Assembly (NCBI GenBank): GCA_023205875.1
Contig: CP060764.1
Coordinates: 434,001 to 498,000, forward strand
Length of the DNA: 64,000 bases
Reading direction: 5' to 3'
Source of the DNA: Chloropicon primus
Lineage: Eukaryota
The position numbers and the translations under genes are program-made. Below the pieces are notes generated by a model. The model was not told the DNA's origin, ran no database searches, and saw only the letters and a program-made list of their open reading frames with translations. Numbering within the stretch: the first letter of the stretch is position 1; every line of letters begins with the position of its first letter. Below, in pieces: positions 43,494-53,800 of the stretch.

Positions 43494-46133
43494 ATGATGA
43501 AGATGATGCAGACTGGCAGTGCTGGTGCTGTGCTCCTGGCAGTGCTGGTGCTGCTGGCGCCAGGGGGCTTGGCGGTCAAGTCGAATGACCCGAATGACCT
43601 CGTTGCGAAGAACACGATGACGGGAACTTCTGTGAACGTGGAGTGGAACGCGCCCACGTGCCCAGTGGGTGAGCCTGGCCGAACTCACACCTATGTTCTC
43701 ACCGTGCTGGGACCAGGGGACACGGTGTTCTTTCAGAAGGATGACTTTCCGTCCACCGCTTGCACGGACGACACCCAGGCTCTCACCTCTGCTACCGTGG
43801 AGAGCATGCAAAGGTACGAGGAGTACAAAATCACCGTGCAGAGTAGGAGTGATGGGTTGGAGACAAGTGATGGTGAGAACGTCAAGGTAGAGATTGTTAC
43901 CGATGTCGCGACGTGCCACTACGAGACCGACAGCTCAGTCTGCGAGTGCAAGCCTGGAGAATTTCACAGCAACGGGAAGTGCCAACAATGCGCCGCAGAC
44001 ACTTACAGCCCCACTGGACAAGAATGTTTGAGCTGCCCGGCCGGGGCGACGTCGAGTCCGGGGAGCGAAGACATCGCAGACTGCTCTTGCCCCTTGAACT
44101 CGGTGAACAAGGATGGGACTTGCATCTGCCGGAAAGGCTACGGTGGGGATGCGACGGACAAGTCCAAGGGTTGCAAAGCTTGCCAAATTGTGGGGTACAA
44201 AGAGGTGGACTGGAACGAGCCTTGCATGGTGTGCCCTTTGGGTGCGAGCATACCTTTCCACATCTCCGCAGCGACGAGCGAAGACCAATGCCGGTGCTCC
44301 GACGGAAGCCAGCTGGACGCCCTTAGCGGGGAATGCAGGTGCTCGCCGGGCTACCACGGCTCGGCGAAGGAAGCCACGGGGTGCAACCTCTGCCCGTTCG
44401 GAACCTACAAGGACTCTGTCGGTGACAAGGAGACATGTGACGACTGTTCCAGCCTCATTGGGAAGGGGGCAACGACAGAAGAGCTAGGCGCCGTGTCCGC
44501 CGACTCCTGTACCTGCAAGTTCGGCTTGGTGAGAGTTGGGAACGCTTGCATCGATTGCCCACCAGGCGCGGACTGCTCAAAGAGGGAAATCAGTGACGTT
44601 GCCGCGCTGCCGGGATACTGGAGGAACTCTGTGAACAGCACCACCTGGCACGAATGCGAGCAGCCGCTCGGGCTGCACGTCTGTGAAAACACCGTGCAGA
44701 CGGACGACAACGGCGTTGTCTCGGGCAAGGTCTGTAGGAAGGGCCACCAGGGCGTCCTCTGCGCGTCCTGTGAGGACAACTATGGGAAGAACTTGGGGGT
44801 CTGCACCGAGTGCGGCACTGGCGTCTATCTGCCCAGCATCTTTTTCGTCCTTGCCTTCTTGTTCTTTGTGCTGGTGTTGTACGTCCTGACCTACGAGGGC
44901 GTGAGGAGGATTCACTTCATTATCTATCCATCCAGCGGTCTCAAGGTCGACTACACCTCCACGAGCTACCTGAAGATCTTCATCAATTGGCTGCAGATGG
45001 TCTCGCTGGCCCTGTACCTCAAGATCCCCAAGAACCACAGCTTGGAGAACATGTTTCAGATCCAGGCCCTGGGCCAGTTGCATCCTTGGAACTTCCAGAC
45101 CTTCAACTGCATGTTTCCGCTCGACTTTTTCTCCAAGTTTTACTACGCCATGCTTGTTCCGGTGGGCTGTGTAGTCGTTGCTTTTGTGTTCTCAGCCTGC
45201 TTGCTGTACTCTGGGCTTTTGGGCAAGAGGCCAAAGTTGCTTGACTTGACCATCATGAATTCTCAGATTCTTTGGTTCCTCACCTACTGCGGAACGACGC
45301 ACACCATCTTTGAGATATTCTCGTGCAGAGATATAGACGTAGGGGAGAGCGTCCTTTATGCAGATCCATCCGTGTCATGCAACACGGGCGAGTACAAGCA
45401 AGCCAAGCTCTACGGCACGCTGTTCGTGTGCTTCTATTGCGTCGGCTTGCCCCTTCAGCTCATTTCCCAGATTTGGTGGCTGAAGGACGAGCTGTTCGAG
45501 CGGAAGGTGTTCATACGTTACTCTTTTTTCACCCTGAACTACAAGGAGGAGACGTACTGGTACGAAACCTTTTGCATGGTCCGCAAGTTCCTACTGATTC
45601 TTGTCGTGACGCTGATCAAAGAGGACACGAGGAGACAAATATTTTTGCTGTCCCTGCTGTCGGTGCTCTACCTTGGGATCCACTCCTACGTGTCTCCCTT
45701 CACAAAACACGCGCTGAACGAGCTCGAGTCCCACGCTCTGTTCACCATGGCCTTCACCTACAACGTGTGCGTCCTGTTTCAGGACTCATCTGCCGAGAAC
45801 GACAACGATTTCGAGATGACGTTCACGTGGTCCCTGATTTTGTTGAACTTCGCCATCGCCGTCCACTGCTGCGCGAGGATCGTCAGGTCATTCCTCTCCC
45901 TGCGTGGCCTCCAGAAGCGAGAGAAGGGGGAGGATCGCAAGACGCCCAAGGGCGTCGATTTGGCAGGCCAAGCAGATCAAGCAGAGGGAGGCCTAGACGT
46001 CTTCCTGAACGACACGTCCAAGAAGCCTGCTCACCTGCCCGAAAACTTTTCTGCAATCATGCGCAGCTCCGTTGCTAGGGCGCCTCGTTACTCCACTGCG
46101 GTCTCCAACCCTTTGGTTGCTGACGATCTTTAA
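43494..46133 (+). CDS. Cell-surface protein: signal peptide, FN3-like domain, Cys-rich (GCC2/GCC3, ephrin-receptor-like) repeats and multi-pass TM domain
   Basis: VEWNAP/YKITVQS FN3-like motifs, repeated C..CP.G.Y, PGYWR, C..GH.GVLCASC..NY, KIFINWLQM, YWYE...RK motifs, 7 or more TM helices. Confidence 0.75.
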   Translation: MMKMMQTGSAGAVLLAVLVLLAPGGLAVKSNDPNDLVAKNTMTGTSVNVEWNAPTCPVGEPGRTHTYVLTVLGPGDTVFFQKDDFPSTACTDDTQALTSATVESMQRYEEYKITVQSRSDGLETSDGENVKVEIVTDVATCHYETDSSVCECKPGEFHSNGKCQQCAADTYSPTGQECLSCPAGATSSPGSEDIADCSCPLNSVNKDGTCICRKGYGGDATDKSKGCKACQIVGYKEVDWNEPCMVCPLGASIPFHISAATSEDQCRCSDGSQLDALSGECRCSPGYHGSAKEATGCNLCPFGTYKDSVGDKETCDDCSSLIGKGATTEELGAVSADSCTCKFGLVRVGNACIDCPPGADCSKREISDVAALPGYWRNSVNSTTWHECEQPLGLHVCENTVQTDDNGVVSGKVCRKGHQGVLCASCEDNYGKNLGVCTECGTGVYLPSIFFVLAFLFFVLVLYVLTYEGVRRIHFIIYPSSGLKVDYTSTSYLKIFINWLQMVSLALYLKIPKNHSLENMFQIQALGQLHPWNFQTFNCMFPLDFFSKFYYAMLVPVGCVVVAFVFSACLLYSGLLGKRPKLLDLTIMNSQILWFLTYCGTTHTIFEIFSCRDIDVGESVLYADPSVSCNTGEYKQAKLYGTLFVCFYCVGLPLQLISQIWWLKDELFERKVFIRYSFFTLNYKEETYWYETFCMVRKFLLILVVTLIKEDTRRQIFLLSLLSVLYLGIHSYVSPFTKHALNELESHALFTMAFTYNVCVLFQDSSAENDNDFEMTFTWSLILLNFAIAVHCCARIVRSFLSLRGLQKREKGEDRKTPKGVDLAGQADQAEGGLDVFLNDTSKKPAHLPENFSAIMRSSVARAPRYSTAVSNPLVADDL

Positions 46134-46490
46134 CGCAGCAAGCCACCTTACCAAAACATGTAACATAGAATCCGCCATCACCTGTACCAAACATAAAAAC
46201 TCCTCTGCTTGTGGTGACTGATCATCAGCCCGTGGATGAAGAGGCTCCGCATCAAAGTCTTGCATCAGAATCGAATCACCCGCCCACAGAGAGACAGGCT
46301 TTGTCTCATCGCTTGCGCCCACCTTGTTCCCTTGTTCCTGCTATGCTGACACTCCCTTCCACTCCAATCCCCGTCATCAGCTCGGGCCTCCATCCGCATC
46401 CGTTTCCAAGAGAGGGAGAGGGAGAGGTGTTGGTGGTTGGTGACACGGCGGGCGAGGAACCGAGCCGAGAAGTAAGTAACGCCGGCCGTC

Positions 46491-47003
46491 ATGGTGTCTC
46501 AGCTGGTCAGCAAGGTGAAGAAGGTCGTCCTGTCGGATGACCGCGTGGGAAAGGTGGCGAAGACGTCCTACAACACGATGGCGAAGGCGACGGAGCTGTT
46601 CGCCTGCAGTTTGTTCAAAGCCGTGAGCGCTTTGGCGGTGGACTACGAGCAGAGCCCGAAGATCTTGAAGGCGTCGCACGTCAAGTGGTGTGCGAAGGAA
46701 GACCCTTCGCTTGGCTTCTTGCTCAAGTTGCCCTCGGTGGAGGGGGCGCCGGACTTCGTGGCCGAGGAGAAGGTCGTGAGGAAGCCGAAGCCGGCTCAGA
46801 CCAAGAAGCGGAAGGCGAAGACGACCACTGGAAAACAGAAGAGGGCGAAGAGCAGCGGCAGGGAGGGGAGCAATGGGAAGGAGTGGGAGGTCGGGTCGAG
46901 CGCAACGGATGCGAAGACCGCGGAAGAGGCCCCCGAGAAACGGTCCACGAAACTCCCACCCGTCGCAGACCTGTCAGAGGACGACGACTACGACGACCTG
47001 TGA
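46491..47003 (+). CDS. H2A-like histone-fold protein (NC2alpha/DRAP1 or NF-YC/Dpb3 class)
   Basis: SKVKKVVLSDDRVGKVA..KATELF..HVK.C..LGFL pattern; basic and acidic tail. Confidence 0.65.
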   Translation: MVSQLVSKVKKVVLSDDRVGKVAKTSYNTMAKATELFACSLFKAVSALAVDYEQSPKILKASHVKWCAKEDPSLGFLLKLPSVEGAPDFVAEEKVVRKPKPAQTKKRKAKTTTGKQKRAKSSGREGSNGKEWEVGSSATDAKTAEEAPEKRSTKLPPVADLSEDDDYDDL

Positions 47004-47246
47004 CCAAGCCCGGGTTGGATGAGAAGACCTCGCGGTTTTCCTTTGAAAAACTTTGCTTTGTGGTACCTTTACAGACAAACAGATGTGTTACTTGCGGTGC
47101 TTCTGGTGACCAGCGCACTTCGCGGCATTATCGTACAATATCAATATTCTTTTGTATAATACCAAGATAAGAGTTCAACTGACCGACGTGGTACGAGATG
47201 AAACGGGGGCTTCTGCTGGCGGGGCCTCCAGGCCTTGTGGCCCCGT

Positions 47247-48689
47247 TCAAGTTGGCTTCGTCTCGACCTGAAAGAAATCGTGCTTCAACGCTCCCTTCGC
47301 AGAGAGCCTCGCCCTGGGGTCGAAAAGGAGCAGACCCTTCAGCAGGTCAACGAGGCCGTCAACGTGGGGCGCTATGGACACGTCGCACTTCTCCGAAATC
47401 AGTCCCTTGAGGTCCTTGAGCTCATTCACAGCTTGCTCCGAATCCCTGAGAGCGCACCTCTCCGGCCACGCGAGCGTGCCATCTTTTTCATGAAAATACT
47501 TCTTCGCCTCCGAAGTCGAGGAGAACATGCTTGTCACCATGTTCCCCGGGATCACTCCCAAGACCTTTTGCATCATGGCGAGGTGTTCGAGGTTGTCGTG
47601 CGTCTTGAAAAGGGCCTCACCTGTCACCAGCTCGACAATGATGCAGCCCAGGCTCCAGATGTCGCAAGGGAAGGACCAACCGAGGCCGAGCATGACCTCG
47701 GGAGCCCTGTAGTGCCTGGTCGACACGACCTTCGAGTGGTACTGGTCGTCAAAGGTCGCGGACCCAAAGTCGATCAGGTAAAGGTGCGCCTTCTCCGGAA
47801 TTCGCGTGCCTCTCCTCGACCCGCTGCTCGGAGGAACCTTGCGGTACTTGTGGTTCGGGAGCAGGATGTTCTCCGGCTTCAAGTCCGTGTGAACGAGGCT
47901 GATGGTGTGCAGGAACTCGACGGTCTCCAGCATCTGCCGCGCGAAAGCTTGGACGTGGTACAAGTCAAACGGCTTGTACCTGTTCTTCCGCAGCAAGTCA
48001 AAGAGGCTCATGCCAAGCTTCGCAAACACGATGCAGATGTGTCCCCGGTAGTCGAACCACTCCTCGAATTGGACGCAGTGGGAGCCGCCCTTGAAGTTGC
48101 CCTTCTGCTTCCTCACCGTGTTCAGGACCGCCAGCTCAATCATTCCCGCACCTCGGTACTTTGGAACGTTCCGTATCACTTTGATGGCGACGTACTCCTC
48201 CTTCAGCCTGTCCCAGCACTCGACGACCTTCCCGAAAGTCCCCTTGCCGAGGTGGCTGAGGATCTTGTACCTCTTGGTGAAGTTCTCGCCCAGTTCGTAC
48301 TTGTAGTGGCCGTTCTCGTCGTCCGCCCTGTGGGGCGGGGACACCTTCTTCCTCAGGCAGCGGTGCGAGGAGTAAGAAGTCGACGCCGGCTCGGGCGCCA
48401 ATTCCCTCAAGTCCGAGGTCTTCACCTTCACCTCCCGGCGCTCGGCGGAAACCTCCCTCTCCCTCAAGCTGCTCCGCCTCCGGGACTCGAAGGGCTTGGC
48501 TTGCCCCGCGCCCGGCCTCGACCTCTTGCCCCTGCCCTTGCTTCTGTCCCCATCCCTCGCCCGCTCCCCTGTCCGGACCCGAGACCCGCCCGAGTAAACC
48601 TCTTCCCTTCGAGTCCGCTTCCTGGGCGGGTTTCTTCCCTCACCCCTACCGGTGGTGCCCTCGTCCTCGCGCTCGTGCCGCTTCTTCAT
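47247..48689 (-). CDS. LAMMER (CLK/AFC) dual-specificity protein kinase
   Basis: RS-rich N-terminus, LGKGTFGKV, HTDLKPENIL, DFGSAT, STRHYRAPE, EHLAMMQKVLG. Confidence 0.93.
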   Translation of the reverse strand: MKKRHEREDEGTTGRGEGRNPPRKRTRREEVYSGGSRVRTGERARDGDRSKGRGKRSRPGAGQAKPFESRRRSSLREREVSAERREVKVKTSDLRELAPEPASTSYSSHRCLRKKVSPPHRADDENGHYKYELGENFTKRYKILSHLGKGTFGKVVECWDRLKEEYVAIKVIRNVPKYRGAGMIELAVLNTVRKQKGNFKGGSHCVQFEEWFDYRGHICIVFAKLGMSLFDLLRKNRYKPFDLYHVQAFARQMLETVEFLHTISLVHTDLKPENILLPNHKYRKVPPSSGSRRGTRIPEKAHLYLIDFGSATFDDQYHSKVVSTRHYRAPEVMLGLGWSFPCDIWSLGCIIVELVTGEALFKTHDNLEHLAMMQKVLGVIPGNMVTSMFSSTSEAKKYFHEKDGTLAWPERCALRDSEQAVNELKDLKGLISEKCDVSIAPHVDGLVDLLKGLLLFDPRARLSAKGALKHDFFQVETKPT

Positions 48690-49422
48690 CGCTCCCCTCT
48701 ACCTCCGCGCCAAAATGCAACAGTACCGCGCAGTCCAATCCTCGGACCCGCCGCAACAATCCAAGCGTGTCATCTCCCAACCTCTGCAAGGCAACGCTCT
48801 CGAGGCAACAACTCCGGAGTACCAGGCCCTCGTCTGCGTTGAGCCTAGGCGCGACGAGCCGAACCCGTTCGAAAAGTCGTGTGCCAATCACTGGTCCCGT
48901 AACGCCTCGCCCTCGCCGCTCCTCACCTCGTGGCGCCCGTCTTCAAAACCTATCTGTTCTCCACATTATCCAAACACACAAAATTAGTTCCACAGTCCTC
49001 ACCAGGGCGCCATTTTTTTCGAGCGAGCGCTCGAGAGAGAGAGGAAGACGCGGCGGTTACAATGCTCTCCCTCTCGCGCCGCGCACTCGACTCTCCTCGT
49101 TCTCCCGCTCGTGTCTGAAACCCTTACCTGTTGGTTTTTCCTCTCCTCTTCCCCTTGAAGTGAAGATCTCTTGCTCCTCCAATCAGAAAGATTTAGAGGC
49201 GGCAAAAAATTTAAGGCGAGGGGAAGGTGATGGGAGAGGGGTGATGGGATGGGGAGGAGACGTTGCGCCCCTCCACTTTCTCTCCAGGTTTCTGCTCGTG
49301 CTTCTGTGTCCCCTGCCTCTCTTTCTTTCTCTCCCTGTCTCTCTCAGACTAACCCCTGGAGCTGCTTGCAAGCTTGCCAAGGTCCAGGTGGGCATGCACC
49401 TACCCCCCCCTCTGGCACACAC

Positions 49423-49462
<40 letters not shown>

Positions 49463-49924
49463 ACGAGAGAAGGGGGCGACGGTGCGACCCAGTGCTTCGC
49501 AGAAAGGATCTCTCCAGTCTCTCCACAACATTTCCAACCCCCTCCAATAATGGTGAGTTGAGCCAAGAGACAGACAAAGGACAAAGGACAAAGGGCAAGC
49601 AAACCAAGCAAAACCAAGTGAGTGGATGGATGGACAGTCGATTACGATTAATCGATCCCCCGATGGATGGATTGGAACAATGGACACCCCCCCACGATCC
49701 GGGTTCTTGGGCCTTCCCCTTTCCCTTCCCCCTCTCGCTCTCCTCTTCCCCCCTCGTCAACATTTTCCAAAAGGAGGAGAAAGCCGTTGAGGTCTTTTTT
49801 TTTTTTTTTGAATTTTTTTTTTTTTTTTTTTAGAAACGAAGAGGAAGAGAAGTGACAGACGGAGGGAGAGAGCGCACGACGAGGACGAGGTTTGCGCACG
49901 ACGAGGACGAGGACGAGGTCGAGG

Positions 49925-52900
49925 ATGGTGGAGGACAACAGCGAGGTGGTGATGTCGCCTCCAGCGAAGAGGCAGAGTCTCGAGACGGCGGGAGCGGCGA
50001 AGGAGACGCCGAGGTCTGCCAGGCCGAGGCTCGTGATCAAGGAGATGGTGTTGGAGAACTTCAAGTCCTACGGAGGGACCCAGCGCATCGGTCCGTTCCA
50101 CCAGTGCTTCAGCTCCGTGGTGGGTCCGAACGGGAGCGGGAAGTCGAACGTGATCGACGCCATGCTCTTTGTTTTCGGCAAGCGGGCGAACCAGCTGAGG
50201 CTGAACAAGGTCTCGGAGCTCATTCACAACTCGAGCAGCTTCAAGAACCTGAGGCACACGAGGGTGGACGTGTACTTCCACGAGATCGTGGACAAGGTGG
50301 AGGGCGAGACCTTCGAGGTCGTGCCGAACTCGGACCTGAAGATAAGCAGGGCGGCATACAAGGACAACTCCTCTGACTATTACATCAACGACAAGAAGAG
50401 CAGCTTCAAGGAGGTTACCCGCACCCTCAAGGAGAAGCACGTGGACCTGGACAACAACCGCTTCTTGATCCTGCAGGGAGAGGTCGAGCAGATCTCGCTC
50501 ATGCCGCCCAAGGCCCAGAACAAGGGCGAGACGGGGCTCTTGGAATACCTCGAGGATATCATCGGGACCAAGTGCTACGTCGAAGAGATCGAGTCGCTTG
50601 GCGAGGAGCTGCAGACGCTGAACGAGCAGAGGTCCGGCGTCATCCAGAGAGTCAAGGTCGTGCAGAAGGAGAAGGATTCCCTTGAGAGCGCGAAGGAGGA
50701 GGCCGAGGTGTACATCCAGAAGGAGAAGGAGCTGGTGTACGCAAAGCTCGTGGGGTATCAGTTGCTGCTGAGAAACACCGAGGAGCTCATCGCCAAGACG
50801 GAGGAGAGGAAAGCCGAGGTTCAAAAGAGGATGGACGAGGAGAAGGACAAGTGGTCTGAGATGTCCGGCGAGATCAAGGCCTCCGAGAAGGAGTGCAAGG
50901 AGAAGCTCAAGCAACAGAAGGTTCTTCAGGCCGAGTTGGACAAGGTCAACAGCGATTTCAAGGAGTTCGAGAGGAAGGACATCAAGTTGCGAGAGGACCA
51001 CAAGTTCCTCAAGCAGAAGCAGAAGAAGCTGGAGGCCAAAGTGAAGAAAGCTGAGCAGAATATCGAGAAGATGCTCAGCGAGTCCAAGCGCATGAGCAAG
51101 GAAATCCCGAAAACCCAGGCGAACATCGAGACGGCCGAGAAGAGGCTCGCTTACGAGAAGCAGAAGATGGACAAGATCTTGGACTCCCACAAGGACGAGC
51201 TCAGCAGTCACAGAGAGAAGCTCGAGAAGGTGAACCTGGAGCTCGCGCCGTGGCAGAACCAAATGAAGGAGGTACAAGCCGACATGGAGGTTGCCAAGGC
51301 AGAGCTGCAATTGATTGAGCAGAAGGAGCTTGGGGCACAGGAGAGAATTTCGGAGACCGAGGCAACGATGAAGGATGCCCTTCAAACGTCCGAGGAGAAG
51401 AAGGAACAGATTAGTTCGCTGAAGGGTGACTTGAAGGCCAAGGAGAACGATCTGAAGAAGGCCGTGGAGAGCTCGGAGACCTTGGAAAAGGAATACAAGA
51501 AGTTGGGCTCGCAGCTCCAGAGCTCCAGGGGAAAGGTGGAAGAGAGAAAAGCCGCACTTCACTCTGAGCAGAACCAGAACCAGGTCGTGAAAGCTCTCAT
51601 GAGCGCCCAAAAGTCAGGACACCTCGAGGGAATTCACGGAAGATTGGGCGACCTCGGAGCTGTCGACGCGCAGTATGACGTTGCTGTGAGCACTGCTTGC
51701 CCGGGTTTGAGTCACATCGTTGTCGAGACTGTGACCGATGCCCAGAATTGCGTGCAGTACCTCAAGAAGCTCGAGCTTGGAAGAGCGACTTTCCTCATCT
51801 TGGAGAAGCAGAGGGCACTTCAGCAGCGCATGGAGTCCAGCTTGCAAGTTGCGCCACCACGCAACTCTCAGAGATTGTTGGATCTGATCAAGATGAAGAA
51901 CCCTGAAGAGCACAAAGTGGCTTTCTACTTTGCCTTGAGGGATACCGTGGTCACCAAGACCTTGGAAGAGGCCCAGAAGATTGCCTACGGACAGAAGCAA
52001 CGCTGGCGTGTTGTCACCCTCCAGGGCCAGGTGATCGAAATGAGCGGAACCATGAGCGGTGGTGGCAAGCCAAGGAAAGGAAGAATCCTTGTTGGCTCTG
52101 CCTCCAAGCTCAACTCGAATGGTGATGACTTGGGCCGCCTTCAAAAGGAAGCGGAGGAGGAATTCGAGGTCATCTCAAAGAGCTTTGAGATGATAAAGGA
52201 GAAGCGCCAATCCACCAAAAAGCTTATCGGCGAGTCTGAGAAGGTCATAGACAAGCTCCAGGTGGAAATCCCGAAGGCGGAGATGGAAATGGAAGCAGCT
52301 ACTCAGCAAGCAGCGGAGTCCAAGAAAGTTCTCACGGAATTGCGGGAGAAGGTCACTTTGGAGCCAAAGGATAAGAAGCGCATGGCAGAGCTCAGAAAGA
52401 ACATCGATGCGTCGACAAAGAAGCTTGATGAGCTTAACAAGAACACCGAGGACCTGCAGCAGCAAGCACAAAAGCTCGAGAGCACGATCGACAATGTCGG
52501 CGGAGAGCCTTTGAAGAGACTTAGAAAGGAGGTCACAGAAGTGCAAGCAGGCATTGAGGAGATGAATGCTGAGATCTCCAAAATGCAGGTTCAGATTGGT
52601 TCCAACGAGAAGCTGATTGCAAAGGCGGAGAAGGAGGTCGTGAAGAGCAAGGGGGAGGCTGAAGGCATGAAGGAGAAAGTCCAGGCAGCTAAGGAGGACA
52701 TCAAGATGATTGAAGAGGAGGCTTTGGTTGTGATGGAGAACTGCAAGAAAACGCAAGACCTTGTTGACAAGAAGGCCGAGGAGATCAAGGCCTTTGACCA
52801 AGCAAAGAAGAAGCTGCAGAAGACGCTTCAGTCCATGAAAACTGCGGAGATCGACATCGAGCACGAGATGGACGAGGTGAAGTCTGAGCAGAAAGCACAC

Positions 52901-53698
52901 CAGTCTGAGAAGAAGCAGATTTTGAAGCAAATTGACACCACCAAGAAGGCAGCGGCGTCCACATTCGAGGAGGACGAGCTTCCTGAGGTTCCAGGCGACG
53001 AGGAATTGGCTGCCATGAACGTCGAGGAGATTCAGAAGGAGGCTGCGGCCCTTGAGCAAGCAATGGCTGACATGAAGGTGGACCTGAATGCGATAGCGGA
53101 GTATAAGACAAAGGAGCAGGACTACAACAACAGGGTTGCTGAGCTTGATGCTTCTACAGTCACCAGGGACGGAGTGAGGAACAAGTACGATGACCTGAGG
53201 AAGAGGAGGTTAGATGAGTTCATGGCTGGCTTCAACACCATTGCCCTGAAACTCAAGGAGATGTACCAGATGATTACACTGGGAGGAGACGCTGAGCTCG
53301 AGCTTGTGGATTCCTTGGATCCATTCATTGAAGGAATCGTGTTCAGTGTTCGCCCGCCCAAGAAGAGCTGGAAGAACATCAGGAATCTCTCGGGTGGAGA
53401 AAAGACCCTGAGCTCCCTTGCCCTCGTCTTTGCTTTGCACCACTACAAGCCCACTCCTCTGTACGTGATGGACGAGATTGACGCGGCTCTCGACTTCAGG
53501 AACGTTTCCATCGTTGCGCACTACATCAAGGAGAGGACGAAGAACGCTCAGTTTGTAATCATTAGCCTGAGGAACAACATGTTCGAGCTCGCGGACAGGT
53601 TGGTTGGTATCTACAAGACCCACAATACCACAAAGAGCGTTACGATCGACCCTGAGAAGTTTCTTGTTGGAACCCCCCAGGCACTGAAAGTGACTTGA
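49925..53698 (+). CDS. SMC4: Condensin subunit SMC4
   Basis: NFKSY, GPNGSGKSNVIDAMLFVFG, NNRFLILQGEVEQI, hinge GRLGDLG, LSGGEKTLSSLALVFALHHYKPTPLYVMDEIDAALD. Confidence 0.97.
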   Translation: MVEDNSEVVMSPPAKRQSLETAGAAKETPRSARPRLVIKEMVLENFKSYGGTQRIGPFHQCFSSVVGPNGSGKSNVIDAMLFVFGKRANQLRLNKVSELIHNSSSFKNLRHTRVDVYFHEIVDKVEGETFEVVPNSDLKISRAAYKDNSSDYYINDKKSSFKEVTRTLKEKHVDLDNNRFLILQGEVEQISLMPPKAQNKGETGLLEYLEDIIGTKCYVEEIESLGEELQTLNEQRSGVIQRVKVVQKEKDSLESAKEEAEVYIQKEKELVYAKLVGYQLLLRNTEELIAKTEERKAEVQKRMDEEKDKWSEMSGEIKASEKECKEKLKQQKVLQAELDKVNSDFKEFERKDIKLREDHKFLKQKQKKLEAKVKKAEQNIEKMLSESKRMSKEIPKTQANIETAEKRLAYEKQKMDKILDSHKDELSSHREKLEKVNLELAPWQNQMKEVQADMEVAKAELQLIEQKELGAQERISETEATMKDALQTSEEKKEQISSLKGDLKAKENDLKKAVESSETLEKEYKKLGSQLQSSRGKVEERKAALHSEQNQNQVVKALMSAQKSGHLEGIHGRLGDLGAVDAQYDVAVSTACPGLSHIVVETVTDAQNCVQYLKKLELGRATFLILEKQRALQQRMESSLQVAPPRNSQRLLDLIKMKNPEEHKVAFYFALRDTVVTKTLEEAQKIAYGQKQRWRVVTLQGQVIEMSGTMSGGGKPRKGRILVGSASKLNSNGDDLGRLQKEAEEEFEVISKSFEMIKEKRQSTKKLIGESEKVIDKLQVEIPKAEMEMEAATQQAAESKKVLTELREKVTLEPKDKKRMAELRKNIDASTKKLDELNKNTEDLQQQAQKLESTIDNVGGEPLKRLRKEVTEVQAGIEEMNAEISKMQVQIGSNEKLIAKAEKEVVKSKGEAEGMKEKVQAAKEDIKMIEEEALVVMENCKKTQDLVDKKAEEIKAFDQAKKKLQKTLQSMKTAEIDIEHEMDEVKSEQKAHQSEKKQILKQIDTTKKAAASTFEEDELPEVPGDEELAAMNVEEIQKEAAALEQAMADMKVDLNAIAEYKTKEQDYNNRVAELDASTVTRDGVRNKYDDLRKRRLDEFMAGFNTIALKLKEMYQMITLGGDAELELVDSLDPFIEGIVFSVRPPKKSWKNIRNLSGGEKTLSSLALVFALHHYKPTPLYVMDEIDAALDFRNVSIVAHYIKERTKNAQFVIISLRNNMFELADRLVGIYKTHNTTKSVTIDPEKFLVGTPQALKVT

Positions 53699-53800
53699 AG
53701 AGAAGAACGCCTACTTTTTCTAATAGTCTTGTTTTGTAAAATCACATGTTTGAAGTTGTTTGATATCATCACACCGCTTGTAGTTTCTTTTGCCTGCAAA

